DNA of 63,438 nt, filler included, from Octopus bimaculoides (GCF_001194135.2; 4 parts of 3 records of this genome joined end to end with filler, not necessarily neighbours in it), one strand, 5' to 3'. Positions 1 through 12,410 are shown, counted from the whole stretch's first letter. Numbers and translations: made by a program. Notes: a model not told the origin generated them from the sequence alone.

Positions 1-114
1 TCTATCTATCTATCTGTCTATCTATCTATCTGTCTGTCTATCTCAACAATTTACATATCTTAACTTCTCTTCTCTAAACTCACACCTTCACTCTAACATA
101 TTAAACATGGATGA

Positions 115-150
<36 letters not shown>

Positions 151-629
151 GCACACACGCACACACACACGCACACACACACAAACACACACACACACAC
201 ACATAAACACACACATGCATGCACACACAAACACACACATGCCTACATATACACAGAGCTTGAGTTGCTGGATATTCCCTTCATCAGCCATTGACAGGTA
301 ATCACAATATTGTAGTCACCTTGAAATTCAGACAGTATCTGTGCTGCCAGTAGTGCAGTACTGGAAAACAATGAATTTACCAGACAAATCTCTGGGTTCT
401 TTCAACCTGTGTCATGCAAACTTAATTTTCCTCCTTTTATCCATGCAGTTCCCACCACCAAAATAGGGTGCAAATGAAACCCCTTTAGAAAGGGCAGAAA
501 CCCCTTTAATTATACACCAACTGTTATGTTGTACTTCTTGCCGGTGAGGCTTAGTTTGCAGCCATACCAACTCCACATCCAGACAAGAGTTAACAGTAAC
601 TGTGCATCATTTGCACCAACTGCTTTGTT

Positions 630-920
630 TTACAACTTCATCGTCATTATCATCATTGTGATCATGATCATCATGATTGACATTGTTGTTGTCATCGTCA
701 TCATCATCAACATCATCATTATCATCAGCATCATCATCATCATCATTGTCAGCATCATCATCATCATCATCATCGTCATCTTTGTTGTTGTGATTATCAT
801 TATCATCATCATCATTGTTGTTGTCATCATCATCATCATCTTCTTTGTTGTCGTCATCATCATCATCATCATCATTGTCATCATTTTAATTGTCATTGTT
901 GTCATCATCATCATCATTTA
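630..920. repeat. (CAT)n trinucleotide microsatellite; representative of dozens of simple repeats in the window
   Basis: Seen directly. Other large tracts: (CAT)n 3500-3720; (CTA)n/(TAA)n 3985-4190; (GTG/GTA)n 12640-13190; (GAA)n 16865-17128, 35990-36100 and 60220-60530; (TG)n/(TA)n 9830-10160, 21400-21690, 48360-48745 and 58330-58625; (GATA)n 37635-37690 and 38625-38665. Confidence 0.97.
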
Positions 921-1897
921 ACATCCACTTTTCCATGCTCGCATGGGTCAGACAGAATTAGGCAAGCGAGATTTTTCTATGGCTGGATATATTCTTCTTG
1001 ATGTCAACCCTCACCTGTTTCCAAGCAAGGAAATATGTTTCCTGTTTCCCCATAGCAAGACACATATTTCACAGAAGACTGGAAACAATCAGCTAATGAT
1101 GCTCATTTTCAAACATCGTGTGTTGTCTACAGAAGAGTACACACAAACGTGTGTACGTGCAAACACACACACACACACACACATGCAATGGTCTTCTTTC
1201 AGTTTTTGTCAACCAAATTCACTTACAAGGATTCAGTTAGTTAGGGGCTATAGTAAAAGACACTTGCTCAAGATGCCATGCAGTAGGATTAAACCCAAGA
1301 TTAATGGCTGGAAATCAAGTTTCTTATGCTTGCTTGCTTTTGAGAATTTATTCTCTGCTTTCAGCTTAGGTCTTTCTCTTGCATATCTTTGACATATCCA
1401 AATGGAAGCATTCTCAGCTTCTACTCTGTTGTTCTCAAGCCACAGAAGTATGAGACGTTTTGGCATAGCTGTTTTGGCACTGCGTATTTGGCATTGTTGG
1501 TCCGACTCTGACTTATTTGACATCAGATTACTCTACCAAATGTAATTCTTATTTATTCATATTGTTTGAATTAATCATACATTACCTCATAGTTCTGAAG
1601 TTTTGACAATGTGATTATTTATGTCTAGAATGACACAGTAGGATAGGTGTGAGAGGCAGGATTTGTATGGTATCAACATGAAACAGGTAGAATATTTGGG
1701 CTGGTTTAAACATTAAAGGATTAATGCTTTTCTTGTTTTAATATTTCTCTCATTCTCTCTCAACCTCTCTCTCTCACTATTTCTCTTTTTATATGTATGA
1801 AGAGAAAGTATTATGTTCAATCAATAGATTGTAATGTCCTTTTCTCTCTTTCTCTCTCTGTCTCTGTCTGTCTGTCTCTCTCACTCACACATATACA

Positions 1898-1943
<46 letters not shown>

Positions 1944-2329
1944 CACACACACACACATTCACTCTCTCTCTCTCTCTCTCTTTCTGCATGTATATATTTC
2001 TGTGCATGCATGCTTGTGTGTTTGCCTCCAGTGCCAAAATGTACTGTCACCAAAATATGTTGAATGTCCAGTCAGCCATGTCAAATCATCAGTGCCAAAA
2101 CAGCTGCACTCAGTTGTTTCAATCTGAGCCACAGCTCTACCACATCTCTATTATAATTTCTAAGTCAAATATGCGATAGGATCTAGACACAAACCACCCA
2201 CTGAATTCTGCAGCCACTGTACACAGCCATCCTTTCCAGCAGAAAACTCCATAAATTCTGGGTATTCTAGGCTCCATTGTTCATGCACCCACACCATCCA
2301 GACTTTTATTTAACTATACACAGCATAAG

Positions 2330-2738
2330 TGCAGGCATGGCTTGGTAGTAAGAACCTTGCTTACCAACTACATGGTTCCAGGTTCAGCCCCACTGCATGG
2401 TACCTTGGGTAGGTATCTACCACTATGGCCTCAGGCCTACTGAAGCTTTCTGAATTGATTTGGTGGATGGAAACTGAAAGAAGCCCTTCATTCTTAAATA
2501 TAATTGTGCGTGTGTCTTTGTGCCTGTGTTTGTCCTCCACCCCATCACTACTTGACAACTGGTGTTGGCATGTTCACATCCCTATAACTTAGTGGTTCAG
2601 CAAAAGAGACTGATAAATTAAGTTCCAGGTTTAAAAAAAAAATTAGTGCTGGGGTCAATTCATTTCACTGAAAATTCTTTAAGGCAGAACCCCAGCATGG
2701 ACACAGTTTAATGACTGAAACAAGTAAAAGTAAAAGAT
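2330..2738 (+). mobile_element. tRNA-derived SINE, family A, diverged full-length copy
   Basis: Same head (GCATGGC..GGTAAGAA..TTGCTT.CCAAC..CATGGTTCC.GGTTCAG) and 3' end (GACTGAAACAAGTAAAAG). Confidence 0.8.
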
Positions 2739-3129
2739 ATATACAGACAGGCATGGCTGTGTGGTAAGAGATTTGCTTCCCAATTATATGGTTTCAGATT
2801 CAGTCCCACTGCATGGCACCTGGGGCAAGCATCCTCTACTATTAATCAAGCTAATTAAAGCCAGCTTGTCAATATGTGTGTGTGTGTGTCTGTGTATTTA
2901 TGCATATGTGCATGTGTGTGTGTGTGTGTGTTTGGGCCTTCTTGTCTCTATTTACAACTAGCACTGAGTGCTAGTTGTAAATGAGTGTTATACCAGCAAT
3001 GTCATTCGTTTCCAATATCCTGCAAAAACATTTCTAACCATGGAAAAATATTGTTTGGAAACAAGCGAGAGTTAGCAACTGGAAGAGCATCCAGCCATAG
3101 AAAATCTGCTTCAGCAAATTTCAGTTGAA

Positions 3130-3292
3130 AAAGGCACTGAGCACTCTGCCTACAACACCAAGGCTAAGTTGATGGCCAAGATCAAGGAAGTATTCAAAGA
3201 TATTCTGAGAGACACAGTGAGGAATGGCATGTGCTAGGTTCCAGAGACATCTTGAGGTTGTGGTGGAAGCTGAGGGCAGCTGCTTTGAGTAA
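3130..3292 (+). mobile_element. Tc1/mariner transposase C-terminal remnant
   Basis: Reads NTKAKLMAKIKEVFKDILRDTV...RFQRHLEVVVEAEGSCFE*, the typical C-terminal RLEAVVEAEGGYFE motif. Confidence 0.65.
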
Positions 3293-3501
3293 ACACTTAT
3301 CTCCAAGCCATTTCTAGTTGGCATTTTTTGATTTTTTTAAAACACTTTTACTTTTATTTTTATTTTGGATATTTCCTTTTTGTTTTATGCAAACTGTCAA
3401 ATTTAGCTGGAATGTCCAATAAGGACAATTTACCAAAGAATTTGTGTTTTTTTTTGTTCATTACCAACAGCTGTAACAAACAAACGGATGACAACACTAT
3501 A

Positions 3502-3548
<47 letters not shown>

Positions 3549-3549
3549 T

Positions 3550-3581
<32 letters not shown>

Positions 3582-3984
3582 TATCATCATCATCATCATT
3601 ATCATCATCTCCAGCTTCATCGCCACTGCCATCATCCTTATTCCCATACATTAAAATTGCTAACAAGACCACCTTAACCACTATCAATCAATCAGTCATC
3701 ATCTTTTTCATCATCATTATTGTCATCATTGTCGTCATTGTCGTCATCATCATCGTCATCATCAACATTCTCCCTTTCACATCATAATCCCCACCAACAC
3801 CATTACCACCATTACCACCAGCACCACCACCATCCCTGCTGTCTACTACCACCAACACCGTCTCTATCATCTTCATCAAAACTGTCATCTTTGTTTTAAT
3901 CATCACATCTATCATTATTATCATTATTATTATCTCCACCACCCGTAATGTCCTATCAACTACCGCCCTTGTTGCAAACAGAAA

Positions 3985-4072
<88 letters not shown>

Positions 4073-4133
4073 TTGCTACTACTACAGCTGTTATTACTAC
4101 TGCTGCTGCTGTGTTACTACCACCACCACCACC

Positions 4134-4164
<31 letters not shown>

Positions 4165-6375
4165 TCATAATCATTATTATTATTACCTCTTCATTATTGA
4201 GAAACAACAAATTCACAATTTCATTGAACAACCAGAAAAAAACAATGAAAAAGTAATTAAATAAATCAATCAATTAGACCACAAATAAAGAAAGAGAAAA
4301 AAGAAATTAAGGAAGAGAAAAAAGAAAAAAAGAAATAAAGGAAGAGAGAATGGAAGAAAGAAAGAAAGAAAGAAATATAACACAAACAAAAAAAAGCAAC
4401 TCATTTACAATAAATACAAAAATTCCATGAGGAAGTAGCAGGGCGATGAGGGAGGTGGTATTGGTGTTGTTGGTGGTGGTGGTGNNNNNNNNNNNNNNNN
4501 NNNNNNNNNNNNNNNNNNNNNNNNNNNNNNNNNNNNNNNNNNNNNNNNNNNNNNNNNNNNNNNNNNNNNNNNNNNNNNNNNNNNNNNNNNNNNNNNNNNN
4601 NNNNNNNNNNNNNNNNNNNNNNNNNNNNNNNNNNNNNNNNNNNNNNNNNNNNNNNNNNNNNNNNNNNNNNNNNNNNNNNNNNNNNNNNNNNNNNNNNNNN
4701 NNNNNNNNNNNNNNNNNNNNNNNNNNNNNNNNNNNNNNNNNNNNNNNNNNNNNNNNNNNNNNNNNNNNNNNNNNNNNNNNNNNNNNNNNNNNNNNNNNNN
4801 NNNNNNNNNNNNNNNNNNNNNNNNNNNNNNNNNNNNNNNNNNNNNNNNNNNNNNNNNNNNNNNNNNNNNNNNNNNNNNNNNNNNNNNNNNNNNNNNNNNN
4901 NNNNNNNNNNNNNNNNNNNNNNNNNNNNNNNNNNNNNNNNNNNNNNNNNNNNNNNNNNNNNNNNNNNNNNNNNNNNNNNNNNNNNNNNNNNNNNNNNNNN
5001 NNNNNNNNNNNNNNNNNNNNNNNNNNNNNNNNNNNNNNNNNNNNNNNNNNNNNNNNNNNNNNNNNNNGTTCATGGCTGGAATGCCTTCGATCATAGGCCT
5101 GCAACTACAACAACAATAGCAACAATAATGGCTACTAATATTAGCTTCATCATCATCATGAATGCTAAAGTTATCATCATCATTCTACCTCACCATCACC
5201 ACCACCACCACCACCACCACCACCACCACCACAATCACATATCATCATCAACACCATCATCATCATCATCATCATTGTTATCATTGTCATCATCAGTAAC
5301 ATTGCCATCACTTCTGCTGCTGTTACCACCCCTATTGTCCTTACCATTATCAATCTCATCAGCATCATTGTCATAATTGCACTCCCCACTACCCCTAAAT
5401 CCACTATCATCATCATCATCATCATCAATATCAACATCCTGACCATCACCACCACCACCAGTATCATCATCACCTCCACCATGGCCATCGTTCTCATCAC
5501 CATCATTACCATCACCAGCAGCAGCAGCAGCAGCACCACCACCACCACCACCACCACCTTCACAGTCATATTTCCCTTCTGGTGAGGATTGACTTGGTCT
5601 AGCATGCAGTTTATAACCTCAGTCTTATTATCATGGCATCTTCGAGACCCCAACATTCTGAGGCCAAATTACAACCTACCTATCCATATGGACGTAGGTC
5701 CACTATGCATAGGAAAAGGAAGGGGTGGTCACAGCTGGAGTATCTTTGTTTATTGGTCTACCAGATCACAGCTGAACTTCGGTAAAAGAACAACAATGAA
5801 ACCTATACATGGTTGTTCAGCTTCCTAATATTAGCAGTGAAGTCTCCCTTAAATCATACTGTATTGTCCAAACATAAATATTAGTTTCAAATTTTGGCAC
5901 AAGGCCACCAATTTCAGAGACTGAGTTAGTCGATTACATTGACCCCAGAGTTCAACTGGTACTTATTTTATCGACCCCAAAAGGATGGAAGGCAAAGTTG
6001 ACCTTGGTAGAATTTGAACTCAGAACGTAAAGAGAGACAAAATGCTGCTAAACATTTTGCCCAGCGTGCTAACAATTCTGTCAGTTCACCACCTTATGTC
6101 CAAACCTAAATATAGAAAGGTGGCAGATATATTGCAAGTGATAATCCTCACTGGAAGCTGGAATTTAGCAGGAGTCTAAAGTGAGGAGAGAAGCTGGGAT
6201 TTGCTTATGGTGAAAAGTATATGAAATGGAAAGAAAACAAAACACCATTGGCAGCCATACAAACAAGCAGAAAGTCCCTTCACAATTATGTAAGTTTTCA
6301 AGTCTTGATTGTCAAATCCAAACAGGTACGTCAATAAAGCATAAGTCACTTGAGACTTACACAAAACTTATAGAC

Positions 6376-6798
6376 TTAAGTGGCAAATATACTTCACCTT
6401 GTCATGCAGTTACTGTTAATACCTCGTTTAGAGATTTAACATTGCTTGTTTTCACTTTTTCGAGATCAGTGAATAATTTCACTGGAAAAAGTTATATATA
6501 TTTGCAAAGAAATATCTTTCGCATCGAAGGTCGGCGATTGTCGTACGCTGAGGACGGGAAAATACCCAGAAACTCGAGTCCGTACGTATCGCAGATCAAG
6601 ATGGGAAAGATAACTTCCCTTTGCAAATACAGACAGGACACAGATGTGTGTCGATAGCCAGCTGGAGGAGATGTTCTCCTGGGGCTAAAAGCAACAGTAA
6701 CATCCACCCTTAGGGGTCAGCCACATTTAAGTGGCAAATATACTTCACCTTGTCGTGCAGTTACTGTTAATACCTCGTTCAGAGATTTAACATTGCTT
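6376..6798 (+). mobile_element. Hammerhead-containing retroelement unit (non-LTR retrozyme-like or Penelope pseudo-LTR), about 1.2 monomers of 351 bp
   Basis: 72-bp direct repeat at 6376-6447 and 6727-6798 (2 mismatches, period 351). Flanking duplication CTTATAGACTTA at 6367-6378 and 6796-6807 partly overlaps the ends, so the TSD is 6-12 bp. Central hammerhead and many hairpins. Confidence 0.72.
6534..6592 (+). ncRNA. Type I hammerhead ribozyme motif (minimal, palindromic helix III)
   Basis: GCGAT-TGT-CGTACG (helix I), CTGAGGA core (6548-6554), C-GGG-AAAATA-CCC-A (helix II), GAAA, C-TCGA-G (helix III, palindrome CTCGAG), TC^ (predicted cut after 6580), CGTACG-T-ATCGC (helix I partner). Confidence 0.85.
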
Positions 6799-7862
6799 AT
6801 AGACTTATAGTTATGTAACTTCTTTTGTTCATATGATCAGTCATACATGCGTTTGTTTTAAGAACCATTCTTTTAATGTTAGCATTGTATGGATGAAGAG
6901 TGAAAAGAGGCAGGATTTTACAGCTGATGCTCTTCCGGTCACCATCCTTCACCTGTTTCAGGTAAGACACTTTTATATTCCACAAGTCTTCAAAATCACA
7001 GAATGACCAGTCATAATGTCAACAAGGAATGTCAACATTGGCATTGATTCACTTACATGATGACAAGCGAAATATCAACATTTATGCATATTCTTTATTT
7101 CACACACACATACACACATTCATGCATATAAATCTGCTTACTGCCAAGGTTACACCATTCACCTTTTTTTATAACTCTCATGCATCTATCACATATCTAT
7201 CTACTGTGTGATAGTTATCCATATCTCTTTCAGCTTACTTTTTTTTCACTCCCGCTTCCTTGCTCATCTCTCAGTTCTTCTTCTTCTTCTGAGGGAGCTC
7301 AGATTGGAGGAAAATGGAGAAAAATTGTTAATGGCCTATTCTTCATAAGGAGTAAAGGGAATCACCATTTCAGACTACCCAGTTCTTCAACCATTCCATA
7401 TTATATATCCCTCTCATTATCATCATTCATGCTTCTCATTCTATAAAGAGACTGGTAAGAAAGGAGAGGTGAGGTTTTGAGATTCCTTACATCATGTTGA
7501 GGATATGGCTATTGCTCTAGTGCCAGAACCAGGAAAAATGTACCCAGTATACTCTGTACAGTGTGAGATTGTGAGGGTCCTTAAGCCATGCGGAGGACAT
7601 GACAATTTTCTCATGCTAGTGGCATAAAAGAAAAGTGCACAATACATTCTATAAAGTGATTGGTATTAAGATGAGCATCCAACCATAGAAACCAGGCTAA
7701 AAATTGAGAATGTGAGTAAGATTAGGTACTCCATACAACCACATTTAGGTGAGCAGAACCCTCAAATTCATGCTGACACTGCCTGTGAAGGCCAACCCAA
7801 TTAATGCCAGCATGAAGAGTGGTAGTAAAATGATAATTATATATGTATATAAATGTGTGTGC

Positions 7863-7906
<44 letters not shown>

Positions 7907-8133
7907 NNNNNNNNNNNNNNNNNNNNNNNNNNNNNNNNNNNNNNNNNNNNNNNNNNNNNNNNNNNNNNNNNNNNNNNNNNNNNNNNNNNNNNNNNNNNNN
8001 NNNNNNNNNNNNNNNNNNNNNNNNNNNNNNNNNNNNNNNNNNNNNNNNNNNNNNNNNNNNNNNNNNNNNNNNNNNNNNNNNNATAGGGATAATTTCGAAA
8101 GGGAATGAAAAATAAAAACATTTACCAATCTAT

Positions 8134-8210
8134 ATTCTGTACCATGGTTTCAAGTCAATTTAGTAAGATAAAAATATATCTTACAATGGTCGGACTATCA
8201 TCAGCAGAAT
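8134..8210 (-). ncRNA. Type I hammerhead ribozyme motif (minimal, palindromic helix III)
   Basis: Minus strand: ATTCTG, CTGATGA, T-AGTC...(inner hairpin GTAAGATA/TATCTTAC)...GACT-T, GAAA, C-CATG-G, TA^, CAGAAT. Helix I is 6 perfect bp; helix III is the palindrome CCATGG. Confidence 0.8.
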
Positions 8211-8379
8211 GACCAGACAACATATGAAACACGAGTCACAGGGAGCATGGCCCGTGTTCATATGTTTAATTTTCCAAATTTACCGCGTATTTGCGGTTTA
8301 CCTAATCGGCAGCAAATACAAAAAATGCCGATTTTCTTTCAGAAATTAGCCAAAAAATTTTATCATTATATATATATAT

Positions 8380-8780
8380 ATATATATATAGTTCGAAGTT
8401 TCAGGTATGGAAACAAGGTCTAGAATCAAAGGGCCTTAGAGTTAACCCTGCACAAGTCTTAGTAAGTAAGAAGGCAGACAAATCACAAATCCCTGCTCTA
8501 TCTGTAGAAAAGGCATAGGTAGAAACTCCATAAGATGTACTTGGTGTAAGCTATGGACACATAAGAGGTGCAGCAATATCAGAAGTTTAATAGGGAAAAT
8601 AGCTTTCAGGTGTGGAAAATGCACAGGTACGATAGACAACGAAAATGTACAGAAAATAGACTCCATCATCTACCAGTGGGGTAATCTAGAGGTAGTAGAC
8701 AGCTTCTGTCATCTAGGTGACCAAGTTAGTAGCAGAGGTGGATGCTCCAAGAACGTAGCTGTGAGAATAAGAATAGTCGT
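8380..8780 (+). mobile_element. RTE-clade LINE RT fragment
   Basis: Degenerate match to the same family (LEVVDSFCHLGDQVSSRGGCS..VAVRIRI). Confidence 0.7.
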
Positions 8781-9016
8781 GTCATGCAAATGGCACGTAA
8801 AAGTACCCATTAGACTCTTGTAGCAGTTGGTGTTAGGAAGGGCATCCAGCCATAGAAACCATGCCAAATCAGACTGGAGTCTGATGCAACCTTCCAGCTT
8901 CTAGCCCTGGTCAAATCATCCAACCCATGCCAGCATGGATAACAGACGTTAAGTGATAATGATGATGATGATGATGATGAGAGTTAGTATATATTTATTT
9001 TATTTTTAGTTAGGTA

Positions 9017-9222
9017 GTTCGTCCGTTGTTGTCGGTGATGACCAAGGACATCACATGGAAAAGAAGATAGGCCATGGTGTTGTCTGGCTGTGGCCAATCA
9101 GTCCAATGCTTGCTTGGAAGGTTCTGTTACAGGTCAGGCACTGGTGATCTGAAGGTAAAGAGTTGGGCTGTGGATTTATGCAGCTCACGTGTTCTTTGTG
9201 CTCCTGCAAATCTTGTTCTGAC
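9017..9222 (-). mobile_element. RTE (BovB-like) LINE extreme 3' end
   Basis: C-terminal C2H2-like HQCLTCNRTFQASIGLIGHSQT followed by the short GTCATCACCGACAACAACGGACGAAC tail typical of RTE 3' ends. Confidence 0.65.
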
Positions 9223-9529
9223 ATACACATACACATATCTGTACACACACACACATACATGTATGTATGTATGTTCGTATGTATGTATTTACGTATGTAT
9301 AGACACAAAAATATATTTATTTGTATATTTTATATATGTAAACATGTATGCTAATACGTACTACGTCTATACACACGCATAATGGATCACACTCTCTCAC
9401 TCTTGTACATGTGTTTGTGTGTATACGCATACAAACACACAGCTTCAAAGTATATAGCACACACACACACATGCTGACAGACACACACCATGTACACATC
9501 CATATATGTGTACACATAGTGTACATGTA

Positions 9530-9735
9530 CTAAGTCGTAGTTACGGCCGGCAGCAGAATAAAATCGGCATTTCGTCCGACTGCACTGACGGTCTAAAGTT
9601 ATTTCCTGTAGAGTCTCCACATATCCTGACCAATCAGCTGATCTCATACTATATCCATTCCCTCTCTCCGTCACTACTGTATCAGTTGGTAGTGCACCTC
9701 CCTGTCGCCCCGCACTTCCCTCGTCCATGCCTCTC
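9530..9735. promoter_or_regulatory. CpG-rich non-repeat island with CCAAT, GC-box and ETS-like motifs
   Basis: TGACCAATCAG (about 9628), CGCCCCGC and CACTTCC (about 9705-9720), and CpG density far above the surrounding DNA. Confidence 0.3.
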
Positions 9736-10149
9736 TAATTAAGACAGAACTTATAAATATTACTGGAAAAAAAATCCATATAGCAATAATACTGCTCCAA
9801 TTAATACAAATAGTGATGCGTGAGCGAGTGTGCGTGTGTGTATGTGTGTATGTGTGTGTGTGCGTGTATGTGTGTGTGTGTGCGTGTGTGTGTATGTGTG
9901 TGTGCGTGCGTGTGTGTGCGTGCGCGCATACCTCCGTGTGTGTATGTGCATGCGTACGTCGTCTATGCGTATGCTTGTGCGTGCGTGTGTGAGTGCATGC
10001 GCACTTGTGTATCTATATATGCATGTGTAAATATACACACACACACATATATATTTAGAGAGAGAGAGAGAGAGATTATGACTATATTATATATTACGCG
10101 CGCACGCGTATGCGTGCGTACGTGTGTCTGTGTGTGTGTGTGCGTGTGA

Positions 10150-11345
10150 TGCATGCGTGTATGCATGCTTTGAATGTGTTGTAGTCTGGTCGCCAGAAAA
10201 CTCGGTTGATATGTTTTGTGAAAGCTCTGCAAGCCATGAACAGAGATGCCGTCAGCAAGGTGAGCGTTAACAATGAATTCTGTGACGAATGTTACGTGCA
10301 TGTAGGTGTCTAACAGAACTCTATCCTTAACTCCCTCCTGTTTATTGTAGGCCTCCAGGTCATTACAGAGGTGTTTACGAACTTAAACATCCTTGGGAGC
10401 TCTTGTTTGTTGATGCCCTAGTTCTTTTAACCGAATCTGTTTCAGAATCAGCGAAGAAATTATAGAGTCTAGAATGTAGAAGCCTCAAAGCAAACGTAAG
10501 AATGACAAATGTTTTCGTTAGTGGGCGAGAAGACAAGACTTCATTGCCATTTGGGAGGTGGCCAGACATGATATGCAGAAAATGTGTAGGCAGGAACCCT
10601 GTATTGTGTAGCAAATGTAAATTAAGGGGGCATGAAAGGGATGCGGTGGAGCCATAGGTATGCTGACAGGGAAGAATGATTTCATATACAGCAGACGCCC
10701 AAAAGTAGTTGGCAGTAAGAGCTCCCATGAAATAAATTCTTTCAAATTCTAGGAACGCTTTTAAGATGTAGCTAGTAGCTTCCGCTACCTTAGAGGTGCT
10801 GGTGATCTGAAAGCATTGTAGACAGTAATANNNNNNNNNNNNNNNNNNNNNNNNNNNNNNNNNNNNNNNNNNNNNNNNNNNNNNNNNNNNNNNNNNNNNN
10901 NNNNNNNNNNNNNNNNNNNNNNNNNNNNNNNNNNTATATATATATAACGGTTTAGGAAAAATGTCAGCATGCTTTTACCTATGCAGGTAACAAAGAGTTT
11001 CTTTCTTTGAGTAAAGGGCAGAGTGTATGATAATGTTTGTGTGCGACGTGTAATGTTGCATGAGCAATGAATTTGAGGATGTACACAGGCTGAAAGGAAT
11101 GGAAATGAACATGCTCCGCTGGATGTGTAATGTTAGTGTGCATGAACGACGGTGCAAACGAGCTGAGAGAAAAACTAAATAGTAGAGATATCAGTTGGGG
11201 TATGCAGCAGATAAGATGAAGCTGGTCTAACCATATGATGTGAATGAAGACAGTTCAGTAAAGAAGTGCCAAGTGATCCAAGTAGAAACTGCAGATGAAG
11301 TTCGAGGAAAACGTGAGAAGAAATAACGAAAGGTGGTCTGAAGAG
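10150..11345 (+). mobile_element. RTE-clade LINE RT fragments, interrupted by a gap
   Basis: Degenerate copies of the RT core (ALQVITEVF..PWELLFVD.L) and of the C-terminal ASMLRWMCNVSVHER segment. Confidence 0.65.
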
Positions 11346-11454
11346 CTTTACCTTACGAATGAACGGACGGATATGGAAATATATGTATACATGTTTATAT
11401 GTGTGTATTCAGCTATGTGTAGATAATGCTTATATACGTAAACATATACAAAAA

Positions 11455-11489
<35 letters not shown>

Positions 11490-12119
11490 ATACATACATA
11501 GGTGACTGCTTCCAGAAAATAAATCTTGCCCAGAGCTGTACAGATTCAGGTGCAAATACATAGACAACCTTGAATGACAGAAGACTTTATAGAAATGTGT
11601 GTGTGTGTGTGTGTGTGTGTGTTTTAAAACAACGGGGTCATAGCCAAGGATCGAAACCCGTTTCCAAGTTCATTTCCATTCTCGGATTGTGTACTTAAAA
11701 TCCATTTAACTTGTAAAATTTAGTATCATCTTAGGTGCAAATGTGGTGGATCTAGTGTGTGTGTGTGTGTGTGTGTTATTTGTTTCGGTCATTGAATTGC
11801 GGTCATACTGCAGCAGCGTACGGAAGGGTTTTAACCAATCAGACCGATCCCTATACTTATTTTTTAAAAAAACGTCTTTTACTTATTGTATCGTTCTTTA
11901 TGGCAAACCGAAAAGTTACCGGAATGTAAACAAACCAACACCGGTTGTCAATTGGTGACGGAAACACAAAGATGCACAACATACACACACACACACGCAT
12001 GCACACACATATACACGACAGACTTCTTTTGGTCTATCAAATCCATTCACAAGGGCTTTTGGGAGTTGGTTATAGCAGAAGACACTACGCCTACTAAATC
12101 ACGCGTATATATATATATA

Positions 12120-12410
12120 CAAATGTGCCCGATGCCAGCGCCGCCTTGACTGGCTTCCGTGCCGGTGGCACGCACGTAAAAAGCACCATCCGATCGTGGT
12201 CGATGCCACCCCACTCTGGCCCCTGTGCTGGGGGCACATAAAAAAGCACCCACTACATTCTCGGAGTGGTTGGCGTTGGGAAGGGCATCCAGCTGTAGAA
12301 ACACTGCCAAATCAGACTGGAGCCTGGTGCAGTCTCCTGGCTCGCCGGACCCCAGTCGAACCGTCCAACCCATGCCAGCATGGAAAACGGCCGTTAAACG
12401 ATGATGATGA
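12120..12410 (+). mobile_element. RTE 3' tail element (5'-truncated LINE end or LINE-tail SINE)
   Basis: GTAAAAAGCACCCACTACA...GGAAGGGCATCCAGCTGTAGAAAC...CCAACCCATGCCAGCATGGAAA...GTTAAACGATGATGATG. Further copies at 915-1110, 8780-8980, 15670-15925, 21700-21960, 23340-23718, 29700-29960, 31530-31795, 32590-32800, 43655-43870 and 55420-55710. Confidence 0.85.

Noticed and set aside
6226-6657. 143-aa ORF overlapping the hammerhead element
   Set aside because: It crosses the insertion boundary and TSD and resembles no protein I know; best explained as chance.
6915-6965. 38-bp plus-strand 'exon' with strong ag/gtaaga sites
   Set aside because: It lies within a decayed copy of the RTE-tail repeat, with no supporting neighbouring exons.
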